From the NCBI GenBank assembly GCA_964016885.1, contig OZ024742.1, positions 296,980,001 to 297,044,000 of the forward strand: a DNA stretch of 64,000 bases. Direction: 5' to 3'. A program made the translations under genes and the position numbers. This DNA comes from Eledone cirrhosa (lineage: Eukaryota). The notes under the pieces were generated by a model. That model was given only the letters and a program-made list of their open reading frames with translations, was not told where the DNA came from and did not search any database. Position 1 is the first letter of the stretch; each line of letters begins with the position of its first letter. Positions 1 to 12,060 of the stretch are shown here, piece by piece.

Positions 1-2670
1 ATTGTCTCATAATGCAACAATCCAATTAAACCTTGCAACCATGGAAAAATAGATGTTGACTGATGATGAGGATGATGATGCTGAAATTTCCAACTGAACA
101 ATTAAGAGTTTACTATTTGTCAAAGTATATAGCTTTGTTTTAAATTTATAACTTAAAATGTTGACTTAAATAAATTTTGCTGATAATAATATTGTTATCA
201 TGGTCGGTTGGCATCTTGATCATGAGCCCGACTAACAAAGAATATATTTTGTTACAATTTCATAAAATAAAATGTTGGCTTAGATAGATTTTGTTGTTCA
301 TAATGCTGTTTATATGAAGAAAGCTTTATGAAATACTAGCTGATTAACTTGTTGCTGCCATACAATTTACACTATAGAATGCCTTTCTTTCAATAGTTTT
401 TATTCTATGTCAGATCATGTCTCTCCCTTGCCTTATTACTCGTTACTTGCTCCCCATGACTCCTCCCTATCATTCTCAAGGTGGTATCTATGAAATTTAC
501 TCAGTGGAGCTGTATCTGTGTAGTATCTGTGGCTTGATGAGCCAAGTGATCTCTATGAGGGCAACTTTCTGCCTCATAGATAAAATAATGCTCGTTGTTG
601 ATGGCAAGGATGTACAGAATAATAAGGTCATATTAAAGAAATGCATAAGACAATCAGTAAAAGCCAGAGTGCTTAAATTCTCACAGTAACAGTGATTGTT
701 AGTGTTACTATTTTCTTTTGATAGTATTGCTATTTTCTTCTTTTTATGTTTATCTTTTATTCTTTACAGAATTATGAAACTTCATGTGTCTAAAAACCTC
801 CTTGGGACACAGACTTTGAAAATCAAATCCACCTTTCTCTAAGATGCATCATTTTGGAGAGTTTTGGCAGCATACACATACATACACACATATATATACA
901 TACACAAATATACATACAAACATGCATACAGACAGACTCTCTATTATATAGTGGATGTTGGAATGGTCCAATTTGGCCCAAGTCAGGTTTGGACTGAACA
1001 TCATGTTATCTTTTTGATCTGCTACACCTTATTATTGATCGCAGTAACAAATAGATACCTGTAACAAAAAAGACACACAAAAAGAAATAGTGTTGCTGCC
1101 CATTTATGTGAACAAATGTATGTGTTGGAAGATGATTGTGCATGTGTGTACCCATGTAACATTTATGTATGTGTGGGTTTCATATGTTTGCAAAGAAATG
1201 GTTTTAAAACAATCGATTAGTTTAGGTTAAGGTTATTTCCAATGTTAATGTAACTTATATTACAGTTAGCTGTATGTATGTAAATTGCTCTGTATTTCAC
1301 TTCAGTTATCTTTTTCCATTTCTTAGAGGGTTCTAAACTCCACTATCAGGCTAACATTTCTTTAGTCAAAAATATGATGAAAGCTTATATATATATATAT
1401 ATACGTATATAAGAAAGAGGGTGTGGTATGATACCAGGTGGATTATGACGCACCAAAGTACTCAATACTTAGGGTAGTGGAGGGGGTAATAGGAAAAGAG
1501 TCGAAATGGTCAGAGTTCAGCCATCGGGGTCCTGACTCTTTTCCTATATATGTATATATATGTGTGTGTGTGGGGGTATCTGCTTCTGTGCTTCTTCATA
1601 TTAATGTTCTGTGTAATCTGTTTGTGTGTAAATTGTATAAATTACTTTACCCTTCTAATGGGAAAGTATGAATTGTGGGATGTATAGTGTACTTTACAGC
1701 CAGTCGATTGGATGGTGTTTGTTTTCTTGCCACAACAACTATATTGGGTGCATGACAGTTAAGGCACAACAAAATTTCTTTTGACTACACAAATTTATTG
1801 TTGCATTTAAAATTAGGGAAGAAATTGTCTTCTCTATCAGTCCTCACCACACTAAATATTTTATCTGCAGCATGCCATAACTTTGTTAAATGTAAATAAA
1901 TGTAAATAAACTATAGATAACATGCTTAGAATTTAGTGCCCAACACTCGATTTTGTTTCATCACAATTTTCTTCATAATACTTTTGCCGAGAAACATTTG
2001 CAAAAATATAGATTATCTTAATGAAAATATATTTTTGTACAATTCCTAGTTGTTGAAATATTTATGACGTTATTGAAATATTTATGATGTTATCTTTTAA
2101 CAACAAGAAACTGGAAGGCATGATAAAAATATATTTTCAAGTTTATATTTAGCCAATGTTTTAAAATTTTCATCTGCATAATCATTTTCTAAACCATGAA
2201 AATGTACCCCTACAAAGTTACATTGAAATATGTAACATTAAGACAATTACGAGAAACAAAATTCTTGATGTGGTGACATGAATTGTAATGCTGTGTAGGT
2301 TATGTAAGCTAGGCAGCATATTCAAAATATTTAAATTAATTGTTGAAGATCATTTGCAGAAATTTTCATGTCTCAGGTATAAATAAAATACTGGTGGATT
2401 TTAAAAATGGGCCTGATAAATTACCAATACCCAAACCCTAAATTTGATGGTTGATTAAAAAATAATTCTGAGAAATAAAAATAACTGGCCAGTTGTTGAG
2501 TAGTTGTGGCACATAAATGCAGATATCTTCAATTGTAGTTGGATTGAATAGTTATTAGATGCTTAAAGTTTTGTTATTGAACATGACAGTCTGAATTAGA
2601 CACTTACAAAACTTTGTACAATGATAGTTCTAAACCCAAGTAACATAGATAAACTACAGCTACTCCTGAT

Positions 2671-2711
<41 letters not shown>

Positions 2712-2713
2712 AA

Positions 2714-5700
2714 TATCATCATCATCATCATCATCAACGTTTAACGTCCGTGTTCCACGCTTGCATGGGTTTGGACGGGGGTTTTCCCACTTGAGGCAAG
2801 AGTGATTGTCTTGCTCGCATAGGACTGTCTGGCAGGTTTTCTACAGTTGGATGCCCTTCCTAACACCAACCACATTTACAGTGTGGGTCTGGGAGGTTTT
2901 TACCGTGTTGCCTACACGGCCACATTACAGCGTGGACTGTGTGTTTTTTTGTCGTGACACCTACACGATCTCATTTGTTTCGGCCTGGATGGTGTGGCAC
3001 CAACATAACTTTACATAGAAGGGGGCGGTGTGGATGTGGTGGGGGTGGTGGGACGGGGGTGTATTTTGTTAGAGATGCCTACTGACTGTAGTAGGTTTTA
3101 CTTTGTATTTAGGTAAGGCGGGTCTTCTCTATTACTGAGTACCGCCAAAGGTCTCGGTCCAGTGACATTGTCTTGGTGAGGTGTAAGTGTGTGAGGTCGG
3201 AGTTTATCAGCTCGTCCCAGGTTTTTCTGGGTCTGCCTATTCCGTGGCTACCGTCTATCTTTATTGCCCTGCACTTTGTTATACAGCTATCGTCCTTCAT
3301 GCGCATCACGTGACCATACCAACGTAGCCTTCTCTCTAGTAAACAACATCTGATCCCTCTTATTTCTAATTTTTACCTTAGTTCGTTTATGCTTTGTCGT
3401 TCACGTATATTACTATTACACATCCAGCGGAGCATGCAAGCTTCATTTCTCTCTAGTCTGCGTATATCCTCTGCACACAATGCCCAGGTCTCACTGCCAT
3501 GCAACATTGCTGTTCGTATGCAGGCATCGTACAGCCTGCCTTTCATTTTTAGGGAGAACCCTTTAGCGGCTAATAGTGGTATAAGCTCTCTGAACTTTTT
3601 CCACCCAGTTCTGACTCTAGCTACTGTACTTTCAGAGCACCCTCCCCCACTGCTGATTTTGTTACCCAGGTAACGGAAGCTGTCCACTATTTCTATAGAA
3701 CCCTCTGCGCAGTTGAAAGAGCTAGTATTTTGTGGGCACTTGATGCTACTTATTGCCCCAGAACACCGGCCACATGTAAAATCTATGTTCTTAGTTAGCT
3801 TACCTGTGATCCCACTACATCTTTTATGCACCCAAACTTTGCATTTGGGACACAAAATGGAATTTCTACCTACGCCTTTCCTACACTCTACGCATGGCTA
3901 CTTCCCAGAGGGGACCGCCGCCTTATTTTCTTTCTTACAAACTAGAACTTTAGTCTTAGCCAGGTTAATTTTAAGGCCTTTTGATTCTAGGCCGTGCTTC
4001 CATGTTTGGAATTTCTTCTCTAGCTCGGCCATTGATTCAGCTATGAGCGTTAGATCATCTGCGTATAGGAGTTCCCATGGGCAGCCGGTCTTGAACTCCA
4101 CTGTTATAGCCTGGAGGGCAATAATAAATAGTAGGGGGCTAAGAACAGAGCCCTGATGAACACCAACTTTTACACTAAACTCTTCACTATATTCGTTGTT
4201 AATTCTAACCTTGCTGACTGTTTCTTTATACATGGCTTGTATAGCTCTCACAAGCCATTCATCAACACCTAGTTTTCTAAGAGCCCACCAGATAATGGAA
4301 CGGGGGACTCTATCGAAGGCCTTCTCCAAGTCGACGAAAGCTAAGTATAGGGGTTTACTTTTAGCTAGGTACTTCTCCTGTAGTTGTCGTACAATGAAAA
4401 GAGCGTCTGTGGTACTTTTTTCCTGACACAAACCCGAACTGCATTTCATCTAGATCAATTCGCTCTCTGATTAGTTGCGCTATTACTTTTTCCGTGACCT
4501 TCATGACCTGGTCGATTAATTTAATGCCTCTATAGTTACTCCTATCTAGGGCATCTCCTTTACCCTTATAACAGTTAACGATAATGCTGCTACGCCAGTC
4601 CTTCGGAACAACCCCATTCTGTATGACTTGGTTGACTATCCGGATGACCATGGTGTGTCCCACCGTACCAGATGCCTTCAGCATCTCGGCAACTATTTCC
4701 GAAGGCCCAGCCGCCTTGCCTGTCTTCATATCTTTGATTGCCTTACTTATACTACCCTCGACTAACACTGCTGGTCCCTCTATTGGGTCGATGTGGGGGA
4801 GACTGTCTTTCTCCCATTTATTCTCCTCATTTAGTAGCCTTTCATAGTGACACTTCCAAGCTACCTTCTTATCGGCGTCGGTGATGGCAAGTACGCCGTC
4901 ATCGTTAAGTACACACTTCTCCCCGACAATATCACTGTTTTCCTTGACACATTGCCTAGCAATCCTGAACACCTCACGTTTTTGGTCCTCACGTTGTAGA
5001 ACATGCTTGAACTTTCTTTCCTCTGCTTCCCTTCTTGCGAAGTACACTTGTCTCCTAGCTTCCCTCCTGGCCACTTGATAGTGTTCTCTACTTCCCTCAT
5101 CCCGCCATTCTTTCCAAGCCTGCTTTTTGGCCTTAATTGACCCCTCCACCTTACTGTTCCACCACCATGTTACTCTCCTCCTGCCTACAGGCCTGCTCCA
5201 GCCACAGACTTCGTCTGCCGCCGTCAGCAGGATTGCTTTCAGGAATTCCCACTGTTCCTCTACCTTGTACGTCTCTAATTGCTCTTCCTCACTGTCGAAA
5301 GCATCAAGTAATATGCTTTGGAATTTATTTTTGGCTGTGGGGTCCTTTAGCTTCCATATTTTTCTCCTGAGGATAGTCCTCTTCTGTTGTCTAGTACGTC
5401 TCGTCCTGACTATTAGGTCGCTAATTATCAGTCTATGTTGGGAAGTGCATTCTTCATGGGGGAGGGATTTAGTGTTTACGACAGTCACTTCGTCACGTCT
5501 TCTGGTAAGGATATAACCTACCTGGCTAGTATGTTCCCCTGATCTGTAGGTGATCAAGTGATTGTCTCGTTTTTTGAAGTTAGTGTTGCAGATAGTTAGG
5601 TTATTTGCGTCGCAGAATTCCAGGATTCTGGAGCCTTCCTCATTTCTAGTACCAAACTCATAACCTCCATGGATTTCGTCGTAGCCGTCACAATGTTGTC

Positions 5701-6400
5701 CAACGTGACCGTTTAGGTCGCCTGCAATAATTATATAGTCACTGTCGGTTATTTGGGAGGTAGTGAGCATCAGTGTCTCATAGAATCTGTCTTTTATAGC
5801 GCCGGGCAGTCCGGATTGGGGTGCGTACGCGGATATTACTGTCACCGTAGTTCTATTGAGGACAAGTCTTATTTTAATTATTCTGTCGTTCACTCTATTT
5901 ACGTCTATTATCTTATCTGCCCACTTTTCTGCTACCATGATTCCTACTCCACCCAGCCCATTGTCGTTTCCCACCCAGAAAAGCTTATAGCATCGTTTTC
6001 TACCCACAATGTATCTAGCAGATCCACCCCTCCATCTGGTCTCTTGAATACAACAAACATCGACCTTCTTACGTTCAAGCATTTCTACAACCTCGTTAGA
6101 GCGACACTTTAAGGTCCCTACATTCAAGGTACCAAATCTGAAGTTTTGGATTGCGTTTGGGGGGTTGGCAAGGTGGGGAGCGGGGGGAGATGGGGTTATG
6201 TTAGCCATCCGCGGCCGAAACAAAGAGGCATGCTCGCATTCTCGTCCACGAGGTGTGATTGTCTTTAACTTTGGCATTGTCGCTGAGCGTCCAGATTTTT
6301 CTCTCTTCAACTCTCCGGAACTCCGTAGTCCTTCCATCCTACATATCGAAGGCGACCAGGTAAGCGATAGTATAGGCCTCTGGCTTATGATTGGTCCACG
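2714..6400 (-). mobile_element. Near full-length RTE-clade LINE (APE endonuclease + RT + PHD-like finger), disrupted; about 400-bp 3' UTR ending in a (TGA)n tail
   Basis: Collinear minus-strand ORFs 4361-6337, 3898-4449, 3373-3855 and 3109-3309 form one APE-RT protein. The 3' end reads ...CCCATGCAAGCGTGGAACACGGACGTTAAACGTTGATGATGATG. The 5' boundary is approximate. Confidence 0.93.
3109..6337 (-). pseudogene. RTE APE-RT ORF with frameshifts and a premature stop
   Basis: APE motifs GTLNVGTL, CCIQETRW, SAYAPQ, AGDLNGHVG and SQHRL. RT motifs YRGIKL, FVDLEKAFDRV, GVHQGSVLSP, LYADD and FRYLG. C-terminal GRPRKTW. Frameshift near 4420, TAG at 3898-3900, further breaks near 3858 and 3373. Confidence 0.92.
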
Positions 6401-6750
6401 TAATAATAATGGTGGTGTGTGGGGGCGGGAGGGAGGGTTGTTGAGTTGTTAGTAAAATACGCCAAAAACTTCCGTATTTTTACAAGCATGACAGAAATAC
6501 AAGAGATTTGTTTTGGAAAATACATGGGGAATGGAAAGAGGATAGAAAAAAATGCTATTGGAAGGACTAAAAATGCTGTTGGAAAGGACTATGGAGTTAG
6601 GCGTATGTTGGAAGAGGTAGAAAAATGAGTACATTACATTATAACCATGAATGAATGATGTTCAACCACAAGTTTGGCGAAAGTAAATTACTTTGTCTTA
6701 TATATGTATATGGGTTGGGTAGAGAGAGAGGGGGGGGGGGTATATAAATA

Positions 6751-6866
6751 AATTAAAATAGAAGGCATCATCGTAACTTTTTGACTAAATAAAATAGTCT
6801 AATAACGCCCTGTTATTAAATTATTTCATTTAGTCAAAAATTACTGTGATGTCTCCAATTTCGATT
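6751..6866. repeat. Long imperfect inverted repeat (arms about 55 bp, 5-nt loop)
   Basis: The left arm ...catcatcgtaactttttgactaaataaaatagtctaataac is complementary to the right arm gttattaaattatttcatttagtcaaaaattactgtgatg... across the loop gccct. Confidence 0.75.
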
Positions 6867-7004
6867 TTCAAATTCCACTTGCCATTTTATAAACGTAATT
6901 TCCATATATTTATATTAAGTACAATACATGGCAAACTGACATATACCATTGTAGATATCCAGAGTTTCCTGATGTGAACTGATGTTATTGTCTTGCACAC
7001 ACAT

Positions 7005-7049
<45 letters not shown>

Positions 7050-7331
7050 ATAGTTTAATTTTACTATTGAACATTTATGAAGAAGGTCTGCTGACATTTA
7101 TTGCAGGCTTGCTGGTGGTTGATGAGATCATTATAAGAGAGGTCACTCCGGTTGCAATAGATGCAGGGAAAATGATGTTCTGGATATCATGTTGCAATGT
7201 TACATTTCTTCCTCAAACTCATTTTGTCCTGATGATCAACACTGTGTACATTTTCAAAGGAATAAGCAGATTGGTGTTTGGTGTGTCACTATGTGAAATG
7301 ATCAGATGTGATATCAGATAAGTGGTGAGAG

Positions 7332-7520
7332 TCAATATGACACACTTGATGGGATTTTTTCACAGAGCTCATGTACCTTTTTATTTGGTGCTCCTCTTTT
7401 ATGGTGATCAGTGGAGAGTTCACCGTACAGTGCAATCTTAAGTAGATGATGATCCTCCATTTTGGAAATATCTCTTGCCAAGTACAGATGTTTCTTTAGA
7501 AGCATTGTCTCAATATTGAA
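7332..7520 (-). mobile_element. Decayed RTE (BovB-like) 3' ORF fragment
   Basis: KMEDHHLLKIALYGELSTDHHKRGAPNKK resembles the BovB/RTE C-terminus (RMxDxRLPKxxLYGELxxGxRxxGxPxKR). Confidence 0.7.
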
Positions 7521-7710
7521 TAATTCTCCCTTTTCAGTATATGCCAATGCGTATGATTTTTTTCTTTGTGTGTATAGAATTAAAACGATGAAAAATATCT
7601 GGTTATGAAATTTAATATTGAGCTGATCATTGTCAATATTTATCTTTGAAAATAATCAACAAAACATTAAAAAAATATACCCATAAAGTATCAAATATAT
7701 TTCTCTGTAT

Positions 7711-7894
7711 TGGATTGGCAGTATCGGAAGAGTGTTGGACGCCATGCTTTCCAGCATAGTTACGTCCCTTTACGATCTGAGTTCAAATCCCGCCGAGGTT
7801 GACTTTGTCTTTCATCCTTACGGGGTCGATAAACTAAAGTACCAGTAATGCACTGGGTAATTGCTGGCCTTGTGCCTAAAGTAGAAACAATTAT
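7711..7894 (+). mobile_element. tRNA-derived SINE family A (Meta/MESC-like core)
   Basis: A-box-like TGGCAGTATCGG, B box GAGTTCAAATCC, core TTTCATCCTTACGGGGTCGATAAA..AAGTACCAG and tail GGCCTTGTGCCTAAAGTAGAAACAATTAT. More than ten related copies occur in the window. Confidence 0.88.
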
Positions 7895-8589
7895 ATGTTA
7901 GGTTAAGTTGACAATTTGATATTCAAGTTATATAAAATGTCATTGAATTAGAGAAACGTTTGACTGGGTTTTAAAGAAAGTAGCTTGATTCTTAATTATA
8001 TTATCTAATGTATCTTCAGTAATCTTGTAAAGTTCGTATTTTCTAAATAAAAGGTAAAGGAACAGCTCAGACTTTTCTAAATTCTGTTCATAAATACTTT
8101 AGTTTATATACATAATGTAAAGCCATTCTAAAGTTCAGCATTTGACATTTCATTGTTGCACACATAACAACAAAAGGAACTTGTTTCTATGTCAGCCACA
8201 AGAACTTATTCTATTGAATATATGAAAAGTTAGAAAGCTAAGGTTCAAATATAAATACATACACAGATTCTTTCAAGTGGCTAATTTATTCAACACCGAA
8301 ACAAAATAAATACCTATACAATTTCATGATTGTTGTCACTGTCATTGTTGACAATGTCATTTTTCCTCTTAATCTACTGTAATTTAATTCATGAAGCAAA
8401 ACATTTTGAGCCCTTACTTCACTTACACTGAATGAAAAATTTGTTACTCACCATTTTTTTTCTATCTATCCCCTTAGCCACACACCCAGGCACTGCTGCC
8501 CATAATACAAAGAGGTAGAAGATATCCAAAAATTCAGTATTTCACTGACTGCTTCCTTTTCATGTCATATACTGTTAAAACAATGTTTT

Positions 8590-8765
8590 CCAAAGGAAAG
8601 GCAAATGCCAATTCAGCTTGGCACCAGTGATGTTGCAGCCCATTTCTACTGCTGAGTAATCTGGAGCAATGTGAAATAAAGTGTTTTGCTCAAGAATACA
8701 ACAAACAACCTGATCACTTCATAATTGTAAGCCTGATGCTCTAACCACTAAGCCATTCACCTTCA
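8590..8765 (-). mobile_element. Decayed tRNA-derived (CORE-like) SINE
   Basis: The minus strand reads TGGCTTAGTGGTTAG (A box) ... TTGAGCAAAACACTTTATTTCACATTGCTCCAG, shared with other SINE copies here. Confidence 0.6.
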
Positions 8766-10769
8766 CACAAATATATATATATATATATACACACTTATAT
8801 GCACATGTGTGTGTGATTGTATGTATACACACACACCCACACAAACAAACACACATATATATATATGCATGTTTCTACTACATTGAAGTAGTAAATCGTG
8901 CCTATAACACTGTCAGTTCAATTCTCCTTTTCTTATTATTGATTTGATCACTAGTGGTGATATCTGATGATATCTAATGATAGTGTTGTTGTTGGTGGTG
9001 GTGATGATGATATAGTTGAAGAAGATGGTCATGTTCATGATTGTGATGATTATCTACCAACTGATTATAGTTCTACTGCCACATATTTCATTAGTGATGC
9101 CTACTGTAAATGTTGATCTAATAATTGGTAAAAATAACGACATAAAAAAACAGTTTTGACCAAATTAGCTTTGTTTCCTATAAACGTGGAAATAAAATGG
9201 AGGATATAGAAACTATTGGATGAATGAAAATAAATTGGATTTATCTGAGTTTGGTGATTTAATTAAAAACATGGAGTTTTGTTATATAAAACCAGGTAAA
9301 GTAACTGGAGGTGATTATGATTTACAAGAAGTTTTTCAGTCAAATGAGCAAATTCAAAACACATTCAGTAAAAATACAATATTATTGTGTTCTACTACCA
9401 CCTTCATCAGCAACCTCAACCTCTACTATGAATGAACACTACCCCCTCTAAACATCAAAATTATTAGCACAATGACAAAGAAGCCATGCTCTGGTTTTCT
9501 TTAACCCTTCCTCCCACTCATTGTCATCATTGATTTTCTGCCTGTTTTTCAATGCTGGTAATTTCTACAGTCAGCTTTCAACGTACAAATGGTTAACATT
9601 CTGTACTTCTCTATTTGTAAAAGAATTGACCCCTAACAATAATAAAATTTAACCCTTTTGATACCAAACTATCTAAAACCACCCCAGATTTTGTTGAATG
9701 AATCAACTGGAAAACCCATCATTGGAATCAATGGAGGTTGAACACTAATTTTATTTGATCATATTAAGGCATGTGTTTTTTGAAAATCAAAGTAGGGCAG
9801 GAGACAAAAAAAGATTAAGAAACACTGCTTTTGGCAGACACTCACGATCAGGAGATTTCTAATAGAATGATGTTAGTTACAACAGGGAATCGGTTCTACA
9901 GAATAAACGATCTTGCTGCTATGTTAAATATCAGTCACAGAAATGGCTGCATTATTTGTGTGTCAAAGGAGATGCTTTGCTCTATTTGTTTCAGCTGTTT
10001 GTGTTGTGAGTTCAAATTCTGCTGGGGCCTGGTTGGCTAATAGACCTAGTCTGTCACCCAGTTTAGCAAAACCATCTGACCATTTAGGGTCTATAGTTCC
10101 GTCCACTCTGTTGCAAGTATTTGAACCAGCTCTCTAGTTTGAATATACATTTTCCCTTCCCACGTTTTGCTGCTCATGGATATTGCCTTTCTTTCCCTCA
10201 CTAAATAGTAAAATATTAAACTAATTTTGGTCATGAGGGACCTGCAAAAGCCATAGAAACTGGCCTTCATTCAGACCCAATAAATATAAAAAAGAAAATA
10301 ATAATATTATTGTTATTTTAAACTCAATAGGACCTCACCACAATTCAAACTTCTATAGATCCTTTGCATTCAATAGAAGCTTACCATGATTGTAACCTCT
10401 ATAAAACGTTATCACCATTCTAAATTCTATAGAACCACACTACTCCAAGTTCTAAAGAAACTCACTGCTACTACTACCTTGCTACTTAATCGATCAGATG
10501 TACACCTCCACAGAAATAACAATCATAAAATAAAAACAATTTATTTAATTTGAGAAAGCAATACATAGCCATTAAAGTGGATGTGTTTTTAAATGTCTTT
10601 AAAAAGTCAAAGAAAACCTTTCTGGGAAGAAGTGATTAGGTCATAAGTAGTTCTCTTTGATTCTAGATCTATATTGTCAACTAGAAACATCAACAGGATT
10701 TTCATATATAAACTTAGGAGATTTATAGGACTGATAAGAAAATAAATAAATATCGATGATAAGTTTGTT

Positions 10770-11040
10770 GTGGTTTTGGGGATGGTTGATGGTAGTAATG
10801 GAGGTGGTGGTGGTTGGGCGTTTGTTGTGCTGGTGTTCGTGGTAGTAGTGCTGGTGTTGATGGCAGGGTGTGTTGTTGATACTGCTGCTGCTGATAATAT
10901 TGGTGCTGGTGGTGGTGGTGGTACAAGTGGTGGCAGTGATGTTGAGGATGACGATGATGATGTTCAAAATACTGATAACATTGAATATAATGGTTCAAAA
11001 TGTGAGGTGGATAATAATAATAACAATGGCCAATGATAAT
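10770..11040. repeat. GGT/GAT/AAT low-complexity triplet region
   Basis: Degenerate trinucleotide repeats; the overlapping ORFs are poly-G/V/H/T artefacts. Confidence 0.8.
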
Positions 11041-11719
11041 GAGATATATTTTTCTAAAAACCTTCATAAATCCTATATATATCCTATATATATATGTATG
11101 TATATATATATACACCATTAAACACTCCATTTAGATTAGTGAGGTTTCTTTTTGTATGTGTGTATGTATGTAGTAATATGTATGTATGCATATATATGTA
11201 TGTGTGCATGTATGTATGTACAACAAGTTTGTGCATATTTGGGGGATATATTAGTTCGTATATATGTAGACATGTGTTTATATTGTGAAATGTATGCATG
11301 AAATTACAGCCACACCAGAAATCAGATTTAAAATCAAGCTGATGCATTCACCACCAACACCACAACCATCACTTTTACATCTGCTTTCCATACTAACATG
11401 GGTTGGGTAAGTTGTCACAGTCTAAGAACAGACAGATCGGAGTGACCAGTCTTGCTGTTTATATTCTAGACTTGGCATGGCTGCAAGCCAACCAAATAAC
11501 AAGCTATAACAAGTGTGTCTTTCATGACACAAGAAATACCACTTTACAGAGTAGACGAGGTTTATTTTATCATGGAACCAACAGTAACACTTTCCAAAGT
11601 GTACTGGGTACATTTTATTTTATTAATACCATAATAAACAGTTTACAATATAAAGATATGTTGATAATAATGTTTGAAAATTTTGTTAATAATGAGGTGG
11701 TCAATTGGCACTCGATAGA

Positions 11720-12060
11720 GTATTGGTGTCAACACAGCATGGATAAAAGTTTCCCTCCCTACCATAAGGTCCCAGGTTAAATTGCAATGCATAGCATACT
11801 GAGCAAGTGTCATTTACCACAGCTTTGTGCCAACCCAAGTCTTGTGAATGAACTTTGGTATACAGAAATTATTTGGAAACTTATCAGATAGACTGAACTT
11901 GTAACTGAACCAGCCTTGTCATAAGTGGTGTCACATTAAATTTCTCTGAGTATTAAGAGTACATGTATCAGTGGAATTATCAGATAATTACACATTAATT
12001 TTATGAGCAGGCTGTTCCATTCATTGAACAACTGGAACACTCATCAAAATCAATAGATGT
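11720..12060 (+). mobile_element. Decayed SINE copies (CORE-like head plus family B body)
   Basis: Contains gagcaagtgtc, cttgtgaatgaactttggta and acattaattttatgagcaggctgttccatt...caactggaacac, the last shared with 31290-31535. Confidence 0.55.

Noticed and set aside
6195-6300. Possible HDV-like ribozyme near the RTE 5' end (CACCTCGTGG ... GGCTAA on the minus strand)
   Set aside because: I could not build P1, P1.1 and P2 pairings consistent with the HDV fold.
7711-7800. tRNA gene
   Set aside because: The A and B boxes belong to a SINE head; there is no cloverleaf and the sequence continues into the SINE core and tail.
9775-9950. Possible mariner transposase N-terminal remnant
   Set aside because: Only a weak resemblance (NR..RINDLAAMLNISH); no TIRs or catalytic domain seen.
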